A stretch of DNA of 64,000 nt from the human T2T-CHM13v2.0 reference genome, Homo sapiens. Position numbers and translations under genes: made by a program. The notes beneath the pieces were generated by a model. It saw nothing but the letters and a program-made list of their open reading frames with translations, did no database searches and was not told where the DNA came from. The stretch is from NCBI RefSeq assembly GCF_009914755.1, contig NC_060944.1; one strand, 5' to 3'. Shown piece after piece: positions 52,219 to 64,000 of this stretch (positions within the stretch are counted from its first letter, which is position 1; every line of letters begins with the position of its first letter).

Positions 52219-52405
52219 CCGTGCTTCTCAGTCTTGTCTGCACATTGTAATCACTTTGGGAACTTTAATAATTACTCATATGTGAGTCCCACCTCCCAGA
52301 AATTCTATTGTCATGCTCCCAGTTGTGGCCTGGGCATTGGGATTTTATAAAAAAGTAATACAGTTGGTGCCAGTGTATCTCAGCAGCCAGAGCTAAGAAC
52401 CAAAG
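52219..52405. mobile_element. MER5-type hAT-Charlie element
   Basis: GTGCTTCTCAGTCTTGTCTGCACATTGTAATCAC...CCTGGGCATTGGGATTTT...GCTAAGAACCA. Confidence 0.65.
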
Positions 52406-52583
52406 GGTTAAAGGTTATTCTTTACCTTATCACAAGCACATTTTGCTGTTCGTCATTGAGGTACGAAATACACTGTACTTAAATTTCCTGTCCTGGATGT
52501 GAATATATGTGTTTTTCTGCTTCATTTTCTAAGCCTTCACCACTAATTTAAACTTAAACTTCTCTCCAGTTGCCTAGATTTCC

Positions 52584-52739
52584 TTTTCTTTTTAGAGACA
52601 GGATCTTGCTGTTGCCTAGGCTGGAGTGTAGTAGCATGAACATAGCTCACTGCAGCCTCAAACTCCTAGGCTCAAGCAATCCTCCTGCCTCAGCCTCCTG
52701 AGTTGCTGGGATTACAGGTGCGAGCCCTCACACCTGGCT
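52584..52739 (-). mobile_element. FRAM/AluJ monomer
   Basis: ATAGCTCACTGCAGCCTCAAACTCCTAGGCTCAAGCAATCC. Confidence 0.85.
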
Positions 52740-53059
52740 CTTCCATCTCCTCTCAATATGTGCAGGGACACTAAGTATTCCAGCACGTCTTCTTTGGAGG
52801 AAGTCTTTACCAGATTCCTCTGGCCTGCTCTGATCTAGACAGGTCACTTGTAAAGTCTGCTGCCAGCTGTCATCTTCCCATTGCCCTTCAGCTTCATCCT
52901 GCATATTTCTTTTAACTTTCCCTTGGGATGAAAGCCCTGCTCCCTGGAACCCAGGTATGCGTCTTTCTTAGCTTATTCCTGAAATTTCAGTGTACATTTT
53001 TGAGGGTCACAGCCTCCAGGTGCCTCCTACAATAGGGAGTGTGGAAAGTAAAGATTCAA

Positions 53060-54110
53060 GACTGTATGTGCTTTAAAATATATTCCTTCTACCTCTACAC
53101 TTAGAAGATAGTTAGACTGGGTCAAGAATTTAGGTTGAAACTCATTTGCCTTGGAATTCTGAAGGCATTGCTTGAATGTCTTCTAGCTTCCATTGTTGCC
53201 TCTGAGAAATCTGCTGCTGTCTTGGTTAATCATTTTTGAAGCCTGTATCCACCCCCCGCCTCACCCCAAGAGCATGTCTATTCTTTGCTTTGCTCCTAAT
53301 GGTCTATTTTTTCCTAATCTTCAATCACGTCACAATTATATGACTGGCGTGGGTCTGTTTTCATTCATTTTCTTGGATCTTTCACCAGGTTCTCTTAAAC
53401 TGGAAGCTTGTCTTCTTTAGGTCTGGAAACTTCCCTTTTATAATATTCTCCATCCTAAGTACTCCCTTTTCTCTTTCTGGATTGTCTATTATTTGGGTGT
53501 TTGACTTCCTGGATTGACCTTCTAATTTTCTTATCTCTTCTCTCCAATTTCTCTCATCCTTTTGCTCTAATTTCTATAGATTTTTTTTAACCATGTCTTC
53601 CAACTCTTATACTGAGTGTTTAATTTCTGCTGTCATATTTTTAATTTCCAAGAGCTCTTCTTCCTGTGGAAGCTATTTTTAGTAGCATCCTGTTCCGCTT
53701 CAGTGGTACAATATCATCTCCCATATCCCTAAGTAGATTCGTAGTAGTATTGAGGTTTTCTTTTCCCCATATGGACTCTTTTTTCAAGTTGCTGTTGTTC
53801 CTTTGTTTTGTCTTGTTTTTCATATTATACATGCTTTCTTCAGATGTCAGGGGATCTTTGGCAACTACTTATATTTAGGTGGTGCTGTGGAAAAGATGAC
53901 TGGAAATTGTGCAAAGGAGGGTCTTGTTGATTGTATCTCTGTTATGCTATCTAACTGGGCTATTTTATTGGGCAATGCTTCATATCTCAAGTTTTAGATC
54001 TCTGTCAGGGGGTGGTCAGTTTTCCCAGAGAAAGATCACTCAGCATCCTGTCTTGAGGGAAAAGACCTAGTTACTTCTGAGAATCCGATAGGAGAGGAAT
54101 CTGGGAATGG
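53060..54110 (-). mobile_element. Diverged L1M ORF1/5' region
   Basis: GAAGGCATTGCTT...TCTTCTAGCTTCC...GAGAAATCTG...TTTAATTTCCAAGAGCTC. Confidence 0.55.
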
Positions 54111-54232
54111 GGAAGGTTTTTTCAACAGAAACACTCCCCTAGACTCAAGATATATTCAGCCCTCACAACTGTGAGTAAGGAAGCACTAAATAATTTATTT
54201 AGATATATAGCAGGACCATCCCAAATTATTTA

Positions 54233-54388
54233 ATCCTTCCTTCCTTCCTTCCTTCCCTCCCTCCCTCCTTCTTCCTTCCCTCCTCCCCTTCCCCTCCCTC
54301 CCTTCCTTCCTTCCTTCCTTCCTTCCTTCCTTCCTTCCTTCCTTCCTTCCTTCCTTCGTTCCTTCCTTCCTTCCTTCTTTCCTTCCCT
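54233..54388. repeat. Compound (CCTT)n/(CCCT)n polypyrimidine microsatellite
   Basis: Directly visible: ~155 bp, almost purine-free on the + strand. Confidence 0.97.
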
Positions 54389-54508
54389 TTTAACTACTGT
54401 ACACATGAATCTGGTAAGAGCTACTGCCTCCTGGTAGAACTAATGGTCAGAAGTAAAGAGAAGGCTTAATCTTCCCCATACCCCTTTTTTTAATTGAAAA
54501 ATTTTTTA

Positions 54509-54966
<458 letters not shown>

Positions 54967-54991
54967 TCAGATTTTTCCAGTGTTATTTGTA

Positions 54992-55639
54992 TGGTAGTCC
55001 CTCAGTATCCATGGAGGATATGTTTCAAGACCTCCCAGTGAATGCCCGAAACCATGGATAGTACTGAATGCTACATACACTGTGTTTTTTCCTATACCTA
55101 TATAACCATGATAAAGTTTAATTTAGAAATTAGGCACAGTAAGAGATTAACAATAACTAACAATAAAATAGAACAATCGTAATATACTCTAAGAAAGGTT
55201 ATGAGAATGTGGTCGCTCCTTCTCTCTCAAAATATCTTCTTGTACTGTGCTCACCCTTCTGGTGATGATGTGAGATGATACAGGGCCTACGTAAGGAGAT
55301 GAAGTCAGGTGCATGACGTAGGCCTGTGACATAGCGTTAGGCTACTGTTCACCTTGAACCCAGGCACTGCCACACCATGACAGTTGATCTGATAACCGAG
55401 CTGGCTACTGAGTGACTAAGTGACTGCAGAATGGATCAGCTGGACAAAGGGATGATTTATGTCCCAGGCGGGACAGAGCATGACAACTTGAGATTTTATC
55501 ACATTACTCAGAATAGTGGCAATTTAGAACTTAGGTATTGCTTACTTCTGGGTTTTTCCATTTAATATTTTTGGACTATGGTCGACTGCAGGTAACTGAA
55601 ACAGCAGAGAGTGAAACTGAGGATAAATGAGGACTACTG
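54992..55639 (-). mobile_element. MER44-family (Tigger-derived) DNA element
   Basis: TIRs GTAGTCCCTCAGTATCC... and ...GGATAAATGAGGACTACTG with TA flanks. Internal AAATTAGGCACAGTAAGAGATTAACAA. Confidence 0.85.
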
Positions 55640-55657
55640 TACCCATGTGGTGTGAGT

Positions 55658-55692
<35 letters not shown>

Positions 55693-57079
55693 TATTGAGT
55701 TACACACAGTTTTATCACCTGTGTAGGTTTGTGTATTCATTATCACATTCAAGATACTGTACAGATCCAACACCACAAGGATCCCTTATGCTGCACACCC
55801 ATGTGTCTTTTAGTACAAAAGGAGTAGTCCAGTAATTTATGTCACCTATTCCCAAAAAAGTCAATTAAAAAGTATAACGTCAAGAATTAAGGAAATTCTA
55901 CCCCCAATAATTTTGCACTCTACACAAAGGATTTCTTGCAATTTGGGGCAGGTCAGTCTACATTAGTAAAATTGAACCATGAAGGGTTTTCTCCATGGAT
56001 GCACTTTTATTACTGTCAGGTATGGTAACCTGAACTACGTGCTGGATAAAGGCCATGCATGGCTTGTTAACAATTTCTTTGATAATGATTTTTTTTCTGT
56101 CATTTGCACAATATTTCTGAATGAATGCTCCATGAAAATAGCTTATTTGAGTAGTTTGTTCATTCAAGCAGCTTAGCCATGGCCCTTGCAATATTACTTT
56201 CACCATTATCTGTTTCCTAGAGTATCAGAGATGGAGAAACTCTTGGGGACCATTGAATCTTAACATCCTGTTTTACTTTTGAGGAAACTAATGTCAAAGG
56301 AAATTGGAATTGGGGCTGGAACCCAGGCTTTCTGATTCTTTGCTTAGTAAATTCTTTAAAAAATGCCAGAAAGTTAAGGTTATAAAAATATTTAATGCAA
56401 ATTAACTCTTGGTAAAATTTTTTCAAATTCTGAAATTCTTCTGAAATGCTGGAATCTTTCTGGGAATTTTTTGGCATTTAGTGTAGTTAGTACATGGGAA
56501 AAATTAGGAATTTTCAGGGTGAGCCACTTCTTGTGACAAAAAAGAGATTTGTTTAATCAGAAACACTGGCTGTTGGAATGCTCCTAGGTTGCTTTAGAAG
56601 AGAGTTTGCATTGTTGGTTCACCACCTTCTACCTGGGTTGTAACCTCATATAACCATTAGGATGATTGACCGTTTTGAAAATGAGTGGCCATTAATTCAT
56701 TTTGTTAGGGGTCTTTGAGCTTACGGGTTTTCAACTTTTTTCATCCTTCTTGTTGGAATTCTGGGTTGTGATTTGAAGATACTTCCAAAGAAATAAAATA
56801 TTCCTAGGACCTTAAGAACCCAGGCTTTGTAAACGTGATATGAAGGACCTCTTGAATGGCATTCCACAGTTTGGTTGTTTGAAATCACGGGTGTTTGTTG
56901 GGCCATGTGCAGGAAGAAAGTCATTGTACCTACTTTAAGTAAATCTGGGCATGAGAACAGGTCAATTCCGGTATTTTCCAAGCATTGTGGAATATTTCTT
57001 CCCTTACATATGTTAAATTGATATCATACTACATATAATGTTTTAGATCCTGCTTTTAAAATAAAAAACCCCTAAACTT

Positions 57080-58030
57080 GACAGGGTGCAGAACAATATA
57101 TCACCCCAAAAACCCCCCTCAAGCTACCCCTTTATATTCATACCCTTCTTCCATCTCTGAACCCTGATGTGTTTTCTGTTACTATAGTTTTGTCTTTTTG
57201 AGAACGTCATAGATGGAGTTCTATAGTTTATAATCTTTTGAAACAGGCTTTTTTCACTCAGTACAATGCTTCTCAGCTTCATCTAAGTTGTTTTGCACAT
57301 CAGTAGTTCATTCCTTTTTATGGCTGAGTAGTATTCCACTATACAGATGTACAATAGTTTGTCTGTCCATTTAATGTTGAAGAACATTTGAGTTGTTTTT
57401 AGTTTTGTTAATTTATGAACAGAGTTGCTAAAAACACTCAGATCCAGGGTTTGTAATTCCTTTTTCTTGACTTATTACAGTGGCTAAGACTTTTAGTACA
57501 ATATTGAGTTTGAATGGACATCCTTGTCTTGTGTCCCTGATATTAGGGGGAAAACGTTTAGTCCTTCCCTGTTAAGTATGCTATTTGCTGTAGGTTTTTC
57601 ATAGATTGCCTTTATCAAATTGAGTAATTTCCTTTTTCGCCTTAGTTTTCTGAGAGTTTTTATCAAGGGTGGATATTGGTTTATCAGATGTTTTTCATGT
57701 ATCAATTGATATGCTGAGGTGGTTTTAATTCTTTAGACAGTTAATATGGTGGATTGCATGGATTGATTTTCAAATACGGAATCAGCCTTGCATACCCTGT
57801 ATAAGACCCACTTGATCATGGTGTGTTTTTCATTTTGTATTTCCTGGATTTGATTGATCATATTCGGTTGAGGGCTTTTGTGTCTAGGATCACACAAGAT
57901 ACGGACCTGTAATTTTCTTCATTTGGTACTATCACTGTCTGGTTTTGCTACCAGGGTAATACTGGCACCATAAAATGATTTAGGAGATGCTTCCTCACAG
58001 TTTCTGGAAGAAACTATGTACAATTGGTGG
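57080..58030 (-). mobile_element. L1MC/L1MD-type fragment (3'UTR joined to an ORF2 RT piece)
   Basis: ORF 57493-57705 (LLNLIKAIYEKPTANSILN) is L1 ORF2-like. Confidence 0.75.
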
Positions 58031-58129
58031 GTCATGCTTTTTAACTTATCATGGGCATCCCTCCATGGAATTAATCTTAAAAACTAGTTTTAATGTCTGC
58101 TTAATAGTAATAATAATCACAGTATTTTT

Positions 58130-58390
58130 CTTCATGTTACAGCATGTAATGTTTATTGGGCATTTAGTGTGGCCGAGGACTGTTCTAAGTGCTTTACTTG
58201 TACTGACTCCTTTAATCTCCACAATAACTCTATAGAGTAGATACCATTATTATCTCCAATTTACATGCGAAGAAAAATAAGACAAACAGTTTAAATAACT
58301 TGCTCAAGGTCACAAAGTTTCTATGTGGTCAAGTAGAATTTGAATCCAGGCAGTCTGATTCCACATCCTGTGGTCTTAACTATTACATCG
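58130..58390 (-). mobile_element. MIR
   Basis: ACTGTTCTAAGTGCTTTAC...TAACTTGCTCAAGGTCAC...TTTGAATCCAGGCAGTCTG. Confidence 0.8.
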
Positions 58391-58399
58391 TATCCTTTG

Positions 58400-61230
<2,831 letters not shown>

Positions 61231-62135
61231 GGCTTCTTGTTGGTTTTGGTTGTTTCCCTTGGAACATGAACTGTTTGTAATTTGGATAGTTATTTGGCTG
61301 TGTCTTCATCTTTTTGTCTTTTCCTCTTCATTCTGTAAGAGCCTATGTTTTTTTCCCCTTGGTAATTTGATTTTCAGCACTATTGGGTCTGCTGTCTGCT
61401 GCCTCTTATTCCCATTTATGTTTTGTGTTTGCATTTCTGGTTTTTTAACCATTTTATGTCTTGTCATCTCCATCTTAGCTGACTCCCCTTGTAATCTTAG
61501 CCTTTTCCATTTAGTGATTTTTCTTTCATATATCCTATGTTTATTTGATATTGAGATTAAAAAAAATGGATTCCAAAATTTACATCTTCTTCCCATAATA
61601 GATTTTTTTTTTTTTTAGAAGAATAGTGTTTTACTTCAGATGTTGCAGAGAATTTTCAAAATTGTCTTGAGTTATCAACCTTGAAAGAGAAGGTCCAGGC
61701 CGGGGGTGTGCCTGTGAACAGACCCTCCTGTCCCTTCAGCGCCCTCACCACTCTCACCTGGTCACAATTGTCAGGTTACTGTGAGCATCGCTTATGCTGA
61801 AGGGGTGGTTGTTGTGCATGGTCCCTGGCCAACCTTCCAGTGTTGATGTTGACTTTTCTAGGGTGACTCAGCTTGCCTGAGAGGGGATCTCCTGCTCCTT
61901 CTACCTTGTAGTTAGAATACTGAGGTGGAACCTTATTCATTATAATTTTGATCAGTGATAGTTCTTCCTAGTTCTTATATCTAGAGACAGTGTGTGAAAA
62001 TCTGCCACCCTGGTTTGATCCCTCCTGTGGCTCTTTCCATCGCACCTCTTTTCTATTAATCTCCAGAAGGCTCCATACCACCCTCCTTTTGCTTCTTTGC
62101 CTAGTTGAGTTGCATTTCCGGGAACTGGGGTCTCT

Positions 62136-62207
62136 GAATGGATGGGTATAGAAAGACATATTGATGGGGGGGAATGGATGGGTATAGAAAGACATATTGA
62201 TGGGGGG
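62136..62207. repeat. Perfect 36-bp tandem duplication
   Basis: GAATGGATGGGTATAGAAAGACATATTGATGGGGGG x2. Confidence 0.97.
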
Positions 62208-62797
62208 GGTGCCCTTTACAACAGTTCCTTTCAGCAACAAATGCCTCATGTTTCTGAGATGGGATTCACACCTGGGGACCCATGTGCCCTTCCACAGTCC
62301 GCATGTCACAATCCCTTCTTGTGTGTTAGGCATTCATCCACACTCAGCTTCTTTTATGCATCTCTGTATTTCCTTCAGTGGGAATGACCCATTGAAGGGT
62401 CATTGGGTCCTAATGCTAGGCTAATGACCATGCATCCCAGAATGCCTGTTCAGATTTTAGCTTGAAATTTTTAGTTTGTTACAAAGAAAAAGAAATTGGG
62501 ATTTGGGAACAACTAAAGCTATCCGATATTAACTACTCTGTCTTAGTATTTTTTAGGCTTACACCTGTTTCTATGGTTTACCCCACGTAATTATCTCTGC
62601 AGAACCATGGATTAGGTATTATTATCCTCATTTAAATTAAAGTAACTTTCCCAAGGTAAAAAACAGGTAGACAGGGCAGTTTTGAACTTATACTTTCTGT
62701 GAAAACACTCTTACACTATTTTCCCCATGCCAAACATCTCTGAAGAAAGACATTTCTGGATATTTCTGCCAGGAAGTTAGACAAGGAGCTACCCCAG

Positions 62798-63297
62798 TGT
62801 GGTTTGCAGAATAGTGCTCCCGAAGATGTTTACGTCCGAATCCTTGAAATCTGTGGGTTTGTTATGTTACGTGGCAAGGAGGAGTTCAAGTTGCTGATGG
62901 AATTCAGGTTGCAAGTTAGCTGACCTTGGAATAGTGAGATGATCCTGGATTATCAGGGTGGGCTCCGTGCAATCACATGGTTCTTGTAAAACAGGGAGGC
63001 AGGAGAGTCAGCCAGAGAAGGTGATGTGCCAACAGAAGCCGAGGTCAGAATGATGTCATTACTGGCTTGAAGATGGAAGAGGCCGTGAGCCAAGGAATGG
63101 GGGGTGCCTCCAGGAGCTGGACAAGGCAAGGCTGCAGATTCTTCCCAAGAGCTTCCAGTAGGAATGCAGTCCTGCTGACACATTAAATTTAGCCCAGCAA
63201 GACTTCTGTAGGATTCTGACTTCCAGAACTGTATGGGGCTGTTGAAAGCCAGTAAGTTTGTGGTAATTTATTACAGCAGCAATAGGAAACGCACGCA
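62798..63297 (+). mobile_element. MLT1D solo LTR
   Basis: TGTGG...ATCCTGGATTATC...CTGACTTCCAGAACTGTA...TTACAGCAGCAATAGGAAAC. Perfect 5-bp TSD CCCAG at 62793-62797 and 63298-63302. Confidence 0.9.
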
Positions 63298-63419
63298 CCC
63301 AGTGTATCGAATATTGGCCATGGTCTAACTCTCTGCAGAGCAGGAACAGGAAGTCCTGGAGTGATTGGCTGTGTGTGCACACCCACCACATGGAAATTTA
63401 CATTAACATGTAACATGTT

Positions 63420-63580
63420 ATCACTTGATTATATATTTATTAGCTCATTTTATTGTTGTCACCCTCCCCTAGCTAGAATGTCAGCTCCCTAAGAGCAGAA
63501 ACTTGGTTTGGTGCATTCATGGCTGTATGCCCAGTGCCTCATGTGGAGGAGAGGCTAAAGTATTTATTGGATGATTAATT
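63420..63580 (+). mobile_element. L2 3' fragment
   Basis: CTAGAATGTCAGCTCC...GAGCAGAAAC...CCCAGTGCCT...AGTATTTATTGGATGA. Confidence 0.7.
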
Positions 63581-64000
63581 TTTTTCCCAGGTGACATTGT
63601 ACCAACTAAATGGAAGCTAACTTTTATCTTGTGGTGGAATACTGTAGATTATATAAGTAATAATAGAAATAGAAGAAATTGAGTTAAAATTATCTACCCT
63701 TGACAATCAAAATATTTATTTTCAGTGTTCAGTGTTTGGTCATATGTGTAAATATTATTCATGTAGGTAGTAAATATTTCCATTTAAGGATCAAACATGC
63801 AACATGTGACATTCTATTTATTTTGTGATGATCAGCTCTCTTTATTTTATGAATATTTTTATGAATAAAATAAGAGAGATGGTTATCACAAAATAAATGC
63901 AATGTTGTATGTTGTATTTTTGACTTTTAAATAGAATGTTTCATGTTGCACTTTTGTGACAACATATTTGAAATAAAGGTCACTGAATTTTTTAATAATT

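Overview
This is human genomic DNA: it carries an AluYb8, a human-specific subfamily. The window spans about 44 kb upstream of the K+-dependent Na+/Ca2+ exchanger gene SLC24A3 (NCKX3), its CpG-island promoter, coding exon 1 (+ strand, ATG 44360, splice donor 44502) and about 19.5 kb of intron 1. The rest is mostly interspersed repeats (L1, Alu, MaLR/ERV1 LTRs, Tigger/hAT DNA elements, MIR, L2). Almost all ORFs in the supplied track are repeat-derived or GC-content artefacts. Four observations stand out. (1) An in-frame, strong-Kozak ATG lies 99 codons upstream of the known NCKX3 start and would add an acidic-cluster plus E-x-x-x-L-L dileucine cytosolic extension. (2) There are two apparent ancient L1 3' transductions, one about 1.4 kb and one about 215 bp with a second local copy. 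(3) One L1MB element has been stretched to 21 kb by nested insertions. (4) A near-consensus CTCF site lies about 6.7 kb upstream of the ATG. Repeat subfamily calls come from remembered consensus sequences and are approximate. No database was searched.
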